DNA of 64,000 nt from assembly GCF_001194135.2 (NCBI RefSeq), contig NC_069007.1:21663262-21727261 (forward strand), in the 5' to 3' direction. The stretch is from Octopus bimaculoides. Taxonomy: Eukaryota. Position numbers and translations under genes: made by a program. This document shows, one piece after another, positions 26,356 to 40,033 of this stretch. The first letter of the stretch is position 1. Each line of letters begins with the position of its first letter. The notes below the pieces were generated by a model. That model did not search any database. It saw nothing but the letters and a program-made list of their open reading frames with translations, and was not told where the DNA came from.

Positions 26356-28807
26356 AATGTCATGTGTATGCAGTGTGTATGCAAATGCATACATGTGTGC
26401 TACATGTATGCATGCAATAAACAAGGTTTATGTATGTGTCCATGCATGTGTATAATCATCATTTAACATTCATTTTCCATGCAAACAAAATACCATATGA
26501 TCACATGACTAACCACACTGATCAAATATCATACCTTGCTGGCCACAATGCACTTTGTATCATTTTAGCTTTCAAATGATGCCACCCTGTTGGCGAGGCA
26601 AGCATTGCCCTAATCAGAAGGTTAGTCCATTGCAGGGTTGGCACCCATTTACAGCTGAGTGGACTGGAGCAACACGAAAAGAAGTGTTTTGCGCAAGAAC
26701 CCAATGCACCAGCTGGTCCAGGAATCGAACCCATAATCTTGCAATCATGAGTGTAACACCCTAACCACAAGGCCATGCATCTTTACACACACACACACAC
26801 ACTATTTCCTAGAACACACATCCCTATTCATAACACGATTACAAATAATCATGGCTCCCTCTCTCTTTCTCATGCACACACACACACACACACTCACATT
26901 TTCTTACCAATCCAACTCATTCCACTTATATCCATCCATCTTCACTCTTTTGCCTATAAAATACCATTCTATCCACTCCCATTTTTCTTCATTCACTCAC
27001 AATTTCTTTGATATAAACAACACAGTTTTTCATGCAACTTTCCTATGCCTTTTTTTTTCCCTCTCTTCATCACAAAGGGCCTCTGTCCAAAACACTTAAC
27101 TCTCTCCTGTTTCCTCCAAACAGCATAATTTTATATATTCTATATTTTTGTGTGTATTTTTACTCTTTTACTCTTCAGATAAAAAAACGTCAGTCTTTCA
27201 TGGATTTTATCTCAAGACAGTTGGGTATTTTTAGCCCCAGGTCAGCCTTGATCCAGCATTTCAGCAATGATCATCGCCATTCCTTCCTATGTGCAAGGAA
27301 CCTAGAACGACATCATCCAAATTGTTGGCTTATTAAGCCTTTACCATTCAGATTACTCTCTTGAATGTAAAGCTTATTTATTCACGGTATTTTGGTTTAA
27401 CCATGCATGGGCTGCATCACGCTCCAACATCTACTTTGGCAAGGTTTCTACAGCTGGGTGCTTTTGTTTGGACCACTGGCACCAGTGAGGTCACCATGCA
27501 GCTTGCAGAAGTACAAACCCTGGGAGAAGTGGGAGTCAGCTTGATGCTAGGTGATGAGGGGTTAAACTATGAGAGAGAGGGGAGAAGTCAGAGCAGGTTC
27601 TTGTAGAGGAGCAGCTTCACAACTGACATCTAGTAGCAGAAGAGAAAAAGAGAAACAAACTCTGACAACACTGGTGGCATGGAGAGGAAAGACTAGCATG
27701 GATGGGAAACTATTGATCTTACAAAAAAAAATTTTTTTTTTTTAAACCCTTCGCCAAACCTACATCTTGGAGAAGAACTCTCCAGGTGCAGATCTAAGGC
27801 CTATTGAAGCATACAGCAGCCCCAAATTATACTCTTCATTAATGGGTACAAGAGGAAATAGTTATATAAAGTATGATGACCAAGTTGCAGGAAACAAGGA
27901 GTCAATAAGGAACTATATACCCGGTCGCTCAAATGGCTAGAAATAGCAGACAAAGCTCTCACAAATCCATTCAGCCACCAAAAAGATAAATTGGATACTG
28001 TAGTCCTACATATACACTAAAACAGAAAAGAATGGATGGCCGTGGTTAGATTGCCTCTGATCATAAGCCTACTTGATTAGAGCTGCTCTAGGATCAAACA
28101 ACATCTATAGTAGTGGCTAAAACAAAAGAAATATAAATAAGAAAAGAAAAGAAAAGATCAAATTGAAACTGACCTGATACTTTATGCTGATTGTACTTGT
28201 ATGTGAGGGGTACATTGTGTAAAGGGGTGGAAGACTTTTTACGTGATGGTCCATCTTCATCATCATCCATGATCTCATGGTCAGGATCTTCTCCAAGAAA
28301 ATTAACTTTTTCATATTCATTCAGAAATCTAAAAATATACAGAATGCCGGACATATATGAGAATGACATGTATGACTACTAAATCAGAGATCAGCCGAAT
28401 ATATTAGAGACAATGAAGAGAGAGAGAAAAGAATACAGTAAGTAAAGCAAAAAGAAAAAAACGACAAAGGGGGAAACTTGCAGAAAATTCATAAATACAG
28501 GAAGAGCATCCAAGCAATATTTCCCAGACCTCTTCCGATATAAACAAAATGAGGGTGGGACAAGTTTGCATGGAAGGCTGCAAACAAATGACATTACTTG
28601 TATGACGATGGTGACATCCGTTTATGATCAGTGCAAGACATCAAAACAAGGAGACACAACTCCCCACCTCCCATAGACATACACATGATCGGCTTCTTTT
28701 AGTTTCCATTGTCCAAAAAGACACTTGCTCAAGATGCTGTAAAGTGAAATTGAACACAAAACCATGTGGTTGCAAAGAACTTGAAGGTAGTACATGCTAT
28801 ATATACA

Positions 28808-28864
<57 letters not shown>

Positions 28865-31800
28865 TTATCTTTTGTCTTTTACTTGTTTTAGTCATTAGAC
28901 TGTGGCCATGCTGGGGCAGCACCTTGCAGAATTTTAGTCAAGCGAATCAACCCCAGCATTTAATCTTTTTTATTTAAGCCTGGTACTTACTCTTTTGCCA
29001 AACCATTAAGCAACAGGGATGTAAACACACCAACACCAGTTTTCAAGCAATGGTGAAGGGGGACAAACACACGGGTTTCTTTCAGTTTCCATCTACCAAA
29101 TCCACTCACAAAGCTTCGGTCAGCCCAAGGCTATAGTAGAAGTCACTTGCCCAAGGTGCCACACAGTGGGACTGAACCCGGAATCATGCAGCTGGCAAGC
29201 AATCTTCTTACCACGGAGCCACAATAAAGTCTTTTTATATATCATCATTTAATGTCCGTGTCCCATGCATGCATGGGTTGGACGATGCGACAGGAACAAA
29301 TGGGCCCAGGGACAGCGTTGTGTTCAAAGCATCTGTTTTGATATGGCTTGTATAGTTGGATGCCTCTTCTGATGCCAATCAACTTACCATGTGCACTGGG
29401 TGCTTTTTTTTTGTTTTTTTTTAATGCCACCAGCACAAAGTGACACTGCCATGCACTTTGCAAATATTATGAACCCCAAGAGGATAATTTTATGCTAGGA
29501 GATGACGGGTGAAAGAGAGGTAAAAGTATGAGACAAGGGGCTTGGGTAAAACAGGTTCCTTACTGTTGAGGGGTTACATGACAAGTGATTGAGTAAAGCA
29601 GAAGAGCAAAAAAACAAAAAAGAAAAAAATCGGGACTATTATCAAAAGAAGTACACAGTAACAAACACAGCTGTAACAAATGACTTTCCCTATCTAAATG
29701 TATTCACAACACAGAAATTACCTACACTTGAATGAAATTCCTATCATTGATCTCCTATAAAATGAAATCTAGAGACTGTCGGGTGCCATCTTGGTGACTA
29801 TTGATATAAATCAATAACTTGAGTCATGACAAGTTATTGAATAACAAGAAGGAAAAAAAAGAAGAAAAAGAAATAAATCAATTTTTAATGAATATAAGTG
29901 ATTATTTCAATGAGTCTAACTTTGTTCAAAGTGGTTTAGATATCACCGTTTCACTATATCATATAACTATACAAACTCATATAAACATCCATAATAGTAA
30001 AACATATAAACTGACAACCGAAGGCAATGTCCATGTGGTCACTTGAATTGCTAGAAATAGTAGCTAAATCCCCCCCACACACACACCAAATAACACTTTC
30101 CCATCTTTAATAAAAGAAAAAGGAAATAAGATATAGGTGAAGGCATGACTGTGTGGTCAAGGAAGCTCACTTTGCAACCACATGGTTTTTGGTTCAAACC
30201 CACTGCACAACAATTTGGGTGTGTTTTTTTATTATTCTATAGCCCTGGGCTGACAAATACTTTGTGAGTGAATTTGGTAGATGGAAATTGTGTGGAAGCC
30301 TATTGTATATTACACACACAGTGTCTGTGTTAGTCCCCACCACCACTTAACTGGTGTTGGTTAGTTTACGTCCCTGTACCTTAACGGTTCAGCAAAAGAG
30401 AACAATAGAGTAGTAGTTGTAGCTCTTTATGTTCAGAGTTCAAATTCTGCTAGAGTTGACTTTGTCTACCATTCTTTCAAGGTTGATTAAAATAAGTACC
30501 AGTTGAGCAATGGAGTCAAATGTAATCAACCAGTTCCCTGCCCCAAAATTTCAGACTTTGTGCCTAGAAAATTTAAGTAATGATACAGTGAAGTTAAGAA
30601 GTTGCACACCAGAGCACAAAGTCATGATATTATTCCTCGGGAAAAGAAACATTCCTCTACAATCTGTCTGTAGAGACATTCTGGAATATTTAAAACTTTG
30701 CAGTAATCTCACAAAACTGTCAAAGAACCACTCCCACTTTTCCTCCAGAAGAGAGAGAGAGAGTCTAACAGAGAAAAAGGCAATCTACCTCCTCCATATA
30801 CTGGGAGATCAACCGTAATATGTATCTTCTGCTCCTCTTAACGATTTTATTACAGATATATGAATTATTGTATTTAGAACATTCAAAACTCATTCACATT
30901 CCTTTGCCAATTTCCTTCCAAAGGAAATGAGAAATCCATTCTAAGAAAAACTGCAACAATTCTTCTTCTTCAACAAATAAACAATAATCTTAATCCTAAA
31001 TCTTCATTCAACTTTTCTCACTAATCTTTTTTCATTTTCCTTTTGTTTAATTTTTCCGTTAAAAGCATATCTATTTTCCAGACTTACTGCTTTTTGTCAG
31101 CTTTAGAAATGGTTGTCTGTAAAATTTTTTTTTTTTTTTTCAAAAATTAGTAAAAAACGAGCTTGTATTTATATTTTTTCCTTTTCCAGAGGAACCAAAC
31201 AATTTGGAAGCAAGTTGCAGACTCAGCTTAACTTTATTTCACTAAACTCTACTCAAACACCTTCACATTGTGTTTTGTTACCCATTTGGGTCAGATGTGG
31301 CAGCTTTAAATGCTAAAGCAGGGGTTCTCAACCATTTTTCATCTATGGACCCCTTTGATTACTATTTTATTCTGGTGAACCCCCATAACCATTTGATGTC
31401 TAAAAACTTGTTTTATAGAAACTTCTTTCAAAATCCCTATATTAATTTGTGTAGGTTGAATTATGTAAAATGGAGAAAGAAACCTAGCTGTTTCTTGCAA
31501 TACATAACCAATATAAAGCAAAATTGTTTTCAGGGGTCCAATTTACTATTTTGTTGTGTGGACTCCCAAAAATCTTATATGGACTTTGGCTGAGAACCAG
31601 GGTGCTAAAGGGTTAAAGAATTTTGCCTAGCTTCATCAAAATCCCTACTTCACACATTAATAATGGTCAGAAAAGGGCACCAAAAACCAACCTGATATTC
31701 CAAGACCAGAATATTGAAATCTAAACAGACAGAACTGCAAAATGTTCCAAACAACTCTGAATTCATTCTTTATATCACACACAGGTGCAGAGATTAGCAC

Positions 31801-34800
31801 ATATTCCATGTGATGATTCACAAGATCACAAACAGAAAATAGCCAAAAGGAAGACAAGTTGCCAAAACCAATAAAATTAAGACAAAAAGATAGCAATGGC
31901 CACCATGTAAAAATGACAACAGCTTCACTAACAATGTTTTAAGTTCTAATTCAGTAATCTTTTCTATTAAAGGCAGAAGACCTGAAATATTGGAGACCAG
32001 TCGATTACATTGATCCCAGTGTTTCACTGGGACTTAATTTATCGACCCCTAAAGGATGAAAGGAAAAGTCAACCTTGGTGGAATTTGAACCCAGAACATA
32101 AAGATGAACAAAATGCCACTAAGCATTTTCCCAACATATTAACAATTCTCCCAGCTCACTGCCTTTAAATTCTAATTCAGCAATAATAAATAAATACAAC
32201 CTTCAATTCTACAGAAAGAGATACAATAAATACAAGCAACATATTAGGACAGATAATCAATCTTTGTATTTTGATTAGAATGTTTCAGCTGCGGTGTTAC
32301 AAATGCATAATGAGATGTGGTCAGAGGGTATTGAAAAAAAAATTAGTATTTAGTCCATCCATCCTCCAGTAATCCTGGAGGGAGGGGTTATGGGGATAGC
32401 GCCCTCAAGTACCTCCTCCTCCTCCTCCTCCATAGGGTCTTTTTAGAAGCAACCATCATTACACTTTCCCAAGCGGGGCAGGCTATGGATATTACCCAAC
32501 AATCTCATTCTTGGTCTAATGCTAGGACTCCTGCCAGTTGGTCTGGCTTCAAGAACCTGTCTTGCAACTCTTTCCTTTGACATTCTAATCAAATGTCTGT
32601 TATACCAGAACTGTGACCACTCAATATGGAGTCCTAGCGGCTCAACCCGGAGAGACTCCCTGATTTCTGAGCTTTGCACCCTGTCGAGTAACGTTACCAC
32701 AGAGATCCTTCAGAGGAACCCTATTTCAGTGGTTTGTATTCAAAATTGTACTCTTTCGGTCATCACCCAACATTCAGGACCACAGGTGAGGCTAGGTACA
32801 CAAACCAATTTGAAGAAAACAAGTCTGGCTTTCTTCACCAATCTCTCCTCTCCTGAGAATCAAATGCTCAAGCTGGCACATCACCGTGTGCCAGAATCTA
32901 TAATTCCAGCATCCAATTCTATCCTCCTGTTGTGACCATTGCCAAAGTTATGTAAATGGCACCCATGAAAATGTAGTTGTGACAGTTGCCAGTGTCATGT
33001 AAATGGCACCTGTGCTGGTGGCACATAAAAAGTACCCCTTACACTCTCAGAGTGGTTGGCATTATTAGGAAGGGCATCCAGCAATAGAAACCCTGCCAAA
33101 TCAAACTGGAACTTGATGCAGCTCACCAGTTCCAGTCAAACTGTCCAACGCATGCCAGCATGGAAAATGGATGTATGATAATGATGGTAATTAGCACTAG
33201 TGAGGTCACCAAGTAACTCATGAAGAAAGATAAACGGAAAAGCCCGTTCAACTGAGTGGGAGTGCATCAGAGAGAGGAAGAGGTGGCTTTGGGAGAGTTG
33301 ATAACACAGCAAAGACTCAAGGTAAAATAAAAGTTGAGAGGAGGCCCCCAACACTACTCCTTTACTCTTATTCCGGCCCAACCACCACTGAGACTGTTTA
33401 ATACATATTTTATTAAGCCAAAACTACAGGGATGAAAGCTATTTGTGTAATGGTGTTTCATGTAATCTCTTGACTACTAGTCTATAAATACCACTAACGT
33501 TCCATTCATAATAATGATCTTGTGAATTGGCACAAGGCCAGAAATCTGTATGAGAGGAATATTGTTGCTTATATCAAAACCAAATACATAACAAGTACAT
33601 CATGAGGTAACAAGGGAGTCTCTTTGTGGTTGACAAACCTACTAGAAATAGCAGCCAAATGCCCTCTAGCATTCCTAGAGCATGTTAATTGTTCAAACTG
33701 GTCAGATCCAATCTCTCACACCTACTCTACTATGTCATTCTGAAATGAACAAAACCATATTGCAGTTGTTCTTGCATACAAGCATGTCTCTTGAATCTCT
33801 CTCCAGCCGAGCGTTCCTTATCTTGCAGGCTTGTGGGTGCTGGTGCCACATACAAGGGCCACGTAAACACAACCATGCCGGTGCTGTGGCCAGACATGTT
33901 TTTGCAGAATATCGGAAATTGGTGATATTCATTTACAACACACACACACACACAATATCAAGACAAGGAGACCCAAACACATACACACTCTACAAAAAAA
34001 CACTGTCATTGTGCTTTGGTCAGATCAGGGCTGTAGTACTGTAGTAGAAGACACTTGCCCAAGGTGCTGCACAGTGAGACTGAACTCAAAGTCATGTGGT
34101 TGGGAAGCAAACTTCCTAACCACACAGCCACACCTGCAGAGAACATTTATTACATAAACAATAAAGTTACACATTAATACACGAAAGGAAACAGAACGAA
34201 TCCCATGTGCAGTAATAAGAGAAGCCCTTACCTGATGTAAATCTGTTTTATTGCCTGAATCCCATTGGTACATCCTTTCGGGATATTGAACTCTTCAAAC
34301 AGCTCGTCCCAGTTTTGTTCTTCATTAACCTACAAGACAGAAACACGCAAGAATCAAAATAGTTGTTTAGTGTTCATAACGGTTTCAAATTTGGGTATAA
34401 AAGAGCAGCAACTTTAGTGGAAAGGGGTTAATCGAATTACACTACCCACCCACCAGTACTCAACATGTTCTTCTTTTACTGATCCCAAAAGAATGAAAAA
34501 CAAAGTTGACCTTGGTGACGTCTGAACTCAGAACCGAAAGAACAGGAAAGAATGCAAGTATTTTATTTAACATGCTACCGATTCTGCCAGATCAACAGAA
34601 AAAAATTTTAACATTGCTAAGAGACATAGCACAGTTCCATATTTAAGAGATGAGACATTATTTACATTATTTACATTTGACAGATATTTGTCCTCATCTG
34701 GTTTGTTGTTAACACAACGTTTCGGCTGATATACCCTTCAGCCTTCATCAGGTGTCTTCGGGGAAATTTCGAACCTGGGTTCTCATTCCTAAGATATTTT

Positions 34801-37800
34801 TCAATGTTATTATTATTACTCAAGTCACTGCTTGGAATCGAACTCGGAATCTTGGGGTTAGTAGGCTGCACTCTTAACCACTATGTGGGCATATGGCATA
34901 GTGGTTAGAGACATGTAATGTAGAACTTAGAGCAGTGGTTCTCAACCAGGATGCACACAATAAAATAGTAAATTGGGAATCCCTGACAAAATCTTGCTTT
35001 CGATGTGTGTGTATTGCGAGAAACACCTACGTTTCTTTCTCTAACATTTAACGTAATTCAACCTGCAAAAGTTAATGTGTAAAAAGCTAAATAGGAATTT
35101 TGGAAAAAGCTTCCATAAAACTAGTTTTTAAACACTGAATGGCTATGGGGGTCCACCAAAGTAAAATAGTAATCAAAGGGGTCCACAGATAAAAACTGGT
35201 TGAGAGCCCCTGGTTTAGAGTATTGCTTTTTATTCTCTACAGTATATGGAGAGAGAAAGAGAGAGACTTGGTTTTAGCTAAAAGTTTCTCACACAGCAGT
35301 TTCACTATGCCCTGGGGCAAATTTGAACTGCATCTCATCTACGCTAATTCTCTTCCTAAACAATTGTATTAGGACACCTTTTGTTACTTTCATAACTTTG
35401 TTGATCAGTTTGACACCTCTTTAGTTGCTTCTTTCCAAGGCACCTCCTTTGCCAGTGAAGCACTTGATGATTTTATTGAGTATAACACCTTCTTGTATTA
35501 CCTGGATGACTACACGTAGAACCAGCCTAAGCCCTACTTTAACAGACAGATTCAGCACCTCATCAACTGCACCTGACAGTAGCGGGTCCTACTCATTGGT
35601 ATCTTCAATATACTTGGAGTAGTTCCTTTTCTTCTGACACACCTTTCACATTTAGCAGCCTCTCTCTCTCTCTCTCTCCTTTCATTATCAGCAAGGCCAA
35701 GTGTACCACTACCATTTCAAACACACACTTAAATAAAAACACCTTCATTTACTCTGACATACTTGTATCACAGTCCCAAACACATTGTGACTGACATTGC
35801 AGCAGAAGAACACTGCCAAACCTCTTGCTTTCTACTTTTCTTTCGGCCATATATATACTTCTTGTGTAACTTCTGTTAGTTACAAGATACAGTTTTTTTT
35901 TATATCCACTACCACCATCATTTCAACCAGTCCTTTCTAAACCTCTCTCCTTACTTTTACAATTCCATCTAAAGTCCTACTCCACTATCATGTCACCTTA
36001 TGTCCAGTCGATTCCTGGCCTCAACAGATTGCATCATAGAAACTCCCTACTGTCCCCTGTGCTATAAGCTTTTGTCTCCTCCTCCTCCTCCTTTCCACTA
36101 TGCACCATAATCTGACAACACAATATATATTTAGCAGAAAGACGTTTCATTTTCCACACCCCTCGTTTGCCACCATGCCTGTTGTCTATCAGTCTGGGGT
36201 CACAAATCAGGAGCTGATATCAGAATGGACGTTTTTCACAGGGGAAAGCCTTAGTATTGGCAGCTATCTGCCTACTGCCTATCCACGGGCGGCATGTCCA
36301 CCTGATTGGATGGTGATAAAGTGGCTTGTTGGCTTCCTGAAATGGTTAACACAATTCCAGAAGCCTTGATTCTTCCTCATTTGTAGAACCATAACCAAAA
36401 CCAACACGTACTCAGGAGTCGTTACCATGATTCTACCCAACAAGTCCATTCAGGTCACCAGCCAGGATAATGCTAACCCTGTTGTATATTTTTGAAGTGG
36501 TTTATGAACCAATAGGGGTCCTTTCTGCTCACTGTGTCTGAGAGGTAAGAGCACTGCACAAGCAGAGACAATATAGCACCTATTGCTTTCCATACAGTCC
36601 ACCACTTGCCTAAGCTTATTTATTCTGTCGCATAGTCTGGATATTTCAAAAACATAATTTCTGGATATGTGTGTGTGTGTGTGTGTGTGGACACACATAC
36701 ATAAATATTTACGTATACATAAGCATGCATATATACATAAATATACATACACACTCACATATATCTCTCTACATAAACACACATCGATATATCCAAACAG
36801 AAGTATCTTTATATAGTTATATCTGTGTGTGTGTGTGTCTCTCTCTCTACATATACACACACACACACACACACCTATAAATATACACATACATATAAGT
36901 GCGTATGTATATATTTAAACACACACATACACACACACAGAGTTTCCTGAAGAATAGACGGAAACTATGAAGCCCAGCAGCAAGAAGTGTAATTTCTTGG
37001 AAATATGTGAATGTTTTAGGCATCCGTGTTGCGATTCAGTACTTATTTGTTTTTCTGACCTTTTTCAATTTTTTTCTCTTACTTGTTACGCTGATGTACG
37101 AGAAAGTTACGCAGACTTCTGAATAATCGCAATTTCAGATATTTAAAACACGTTTTTAAATAAATAAATAATGATCGAGAAACATTAAAAAGGGGGAAAT
37201 TCCCCCCCCCCCCCCNNNNNNNNNNNNNNNNNCGAATTATAATCTACGATGTTTAAAAACTTGCACATCTGAGATTTTGGCTTTAGTGAACTGAATACTT
37301 TCCGACTCTATTGTTTAGGGATTCCATATGTATAAAAGTGAAAAAAAGCATAACCTTTGATTTGTTTGGATTTTTAACCCCTTTTCAACTTTTGCACACA
37401 CACACACACATATGGAGGAATTCCTATATATATCATACATACACACACACAAATATGTACAAAATTAATATGAGTATATGTTTGTCATGTATATCACAAT
37501 GTGCATGCATATTTGAGTGTACATATACACATACGCCTTCTCATGAAGGCTCGCAGGCGCCGAAACTTCGAAGTCACTGTCATCAACATAGTAAAATTCA
37601 CACAATATGTATTCTAAAAGAAAAAGTATTGAGTCAACCTTCAGTTTAATGTAAGTAAAATTGATATTGTAACTCGACATAAAAACATTTACACCACACA
37701 CACATACGAACGTACGCACTCAAGAGCCAAATAACTGAAGTGGGGTGGTCACGACTGGAACATTTAAGTTCCGTATCGACGAAACGAAGGTTGAACTATC

Positions 37801-38025
37801 ACATTTCTAGCAAATGAAAAAAAAAAGTACCCGGTGTCTAAAAAAATGTTTTTTATTACCATTATTATTATTATTTTATTAATCACAAGAGCGAAAAATA
37901 AAATTCGAGCAGGGAAATAATGCCTCGCTCAGTTTTAGCTTTAAACTCCGCCTACTTCCTTTCTTCTCCCGCAGTAAATGAAAAGAGTGTGAGTGTTTAT
38001 GTATGCATCACTGTATGAGTGAAAA

Positions 38026-38056
<31 letters not shown>

Positions 38057-38130
38057 CTGTGTATCCATTTGTGAGTGAGAACGAGTGAGTGTATATGTGC
38101 GAGTGAGTCAGAGTACGAACGAGAAATGTG

Positions 38131-38172
<42 letters not shown>

Positions 38173-38988
38173 GGAGAGTTGGTATGTGTCAGTCAGTCAA
38201 CGTTTGTGTGTGGTGATTGGTAGAGTTAAATAACCGCGCTGTGTGTGTGTGTGTGTGTGTTGTGAGCGTACAAAAGAGAGTGTATGTGTATGTGTGTGTG
38301 TGGTTTTATAGATATTTGAGAGAGGAGGTTGGGGCGTCTATGAGTGGAAACTGTAATGTGAGTGATGGAGATAATAGTGAATATATGAGTGAGAAGGAAT
38401 AAATATGGATGACTAGGAAGAAAAAAAGAAGCAGTGAATAAATAATAAGGCATTGACGCACACACACACACACATACGCATATATACACGCACGCACACA
38501 CATACTCATATATATACACGCACGCACACACAAGCGCGCGCTCACCAGATACCGTAGAGGCGAGAACGAGACTTCGACATTGAACACCACCTCACTACTG
38601 CTATCACCACCACCACCGCTGCTACTATAACCAACTTCGTTACCACCACCGCCAATACAACTACCAGAACTACTATTTCTTCTACTACTACTACTACTCC
38701 AGCACAACCACCATTATTTTAACTAATTGCCATCAGCAGCAAATACACGACTTATAACGATCATTATTATATTAGTATCATTGTAAGTAAAAGCAAATGA
38801 AAAGATTCCTATAAGCCATAGATGTATGTATGATGCCTAGCAATTGCTCAGCAATAACGTCACATAAGCANNNNNNNNNNAAGCCATAGATGTATGTATG
38901 ATGCCTAGCAATTGCTCAGCAATAACGTCACATAAGCAGGCAGAGGGGGGGGGGGCTGAGGATAAGCTGTTATAAGATTGACTAGTTT

Positions 38989-39020
<32 letters not shown>

Positions 39021-39273
39021 ATTTATTCCCAGAAAAGATTGTATATGCATGTAGCTGAGAATGTGTGGTACACATATACGAACAGTCATAAGCGTGTGTG
39101 TATATATAATATATATATATATATTTATAAAAAAGAAGTTTGAAAACGCCACTATATAAAATAAATTTTAATTTATAATTTTCTCAGATATATATATATA
39201 TATACACACATATATACTTACACATTTATATACACACTATATATATGTATATATAATATATACACACACATAC

Positions 39274-39308
<35 letters not shown>

Positions 39309-40000
39309 TGCAGCTAGCACCTCGCATCTGGTTTCACGGTTTAGATCATCAGACAGGATACGATGTGCACTTTCATAACAGATTACCGCACCTACACACA
39401 CACACACACACGTACCTATAGGTATATACACACAAAGGTATACATACACAAATATATCTTATCTTTCACTACTTGTTTCATTCATTGGACTGTGGCTCTG
39501 CGCTGCGGCACCGCCTAGAAAACGTTTCATCATACATACATCATTTCCTAAGTCTAATACTTATTCTGTCGGCCTCTGTTGTCGAACCGCTAAGTCTCGA
39601 AAATTAAACAAACACAGATTGTCAAGCAGTGGGGGGGGGGCAAACAGATAGGTAGGTAAGTAGGTAGACAAATACGACGAGCTTCTTTCAGTTTCCGTCT
39701 ACTAAATCCACTTACAAGGCTTTGGTTGGCCCAGGGCTATGGTAGAGAACACCCAACCCAGAACCATATGGTTGGGAAGCAATTGCATGGATAGGACGGA
39801 ATTCACTGAGGTAGATTTTTCTAATGGTTGGATGCCCTTCTTGTCAGCAATCCTCGCCAGTTTCCAAGCAAGATAACAGGTCCTTGTGACAGGACATTAT
39901 TTCACAGAAGATTGGAAAGGAATGACTAGTTGTATAAGTGGTATACTTGCTTACAACTACTACACGATGTCAAAACCTGGAGGTACAGATATATGTACAA

Positions 40001-40033
<33 letters not shown>

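Noticed and set aside
34825-34890. tRNA gene
   Set aside because: A and B boxes are present but there is no complete cloverleaf with a paired acceptor stem; this and similar heads belong to SINEs.
37975-37988. 14-nt plus-strand microexon (cttctcccgcag...gtgagt)
   Set aside because: Splice-like signals only; no partner exons or plus-strand gene could be identified, and the donor lies at the start of a TG-rich repeat.
38813-38938. 58-bp direct duplication (38813-38870 and 38881-38938)
   Set aside because: The two identical copies flank a 10-N gap; this is an unmerged contig overlap, not a biological repeat.
39317-39368. CUGAUGA...GAAAC on the minus strand with an outer stem
   Set aside because: Helix II does not pair, and no helix III or NUH triplet can be drawn (the candidate H position is G).
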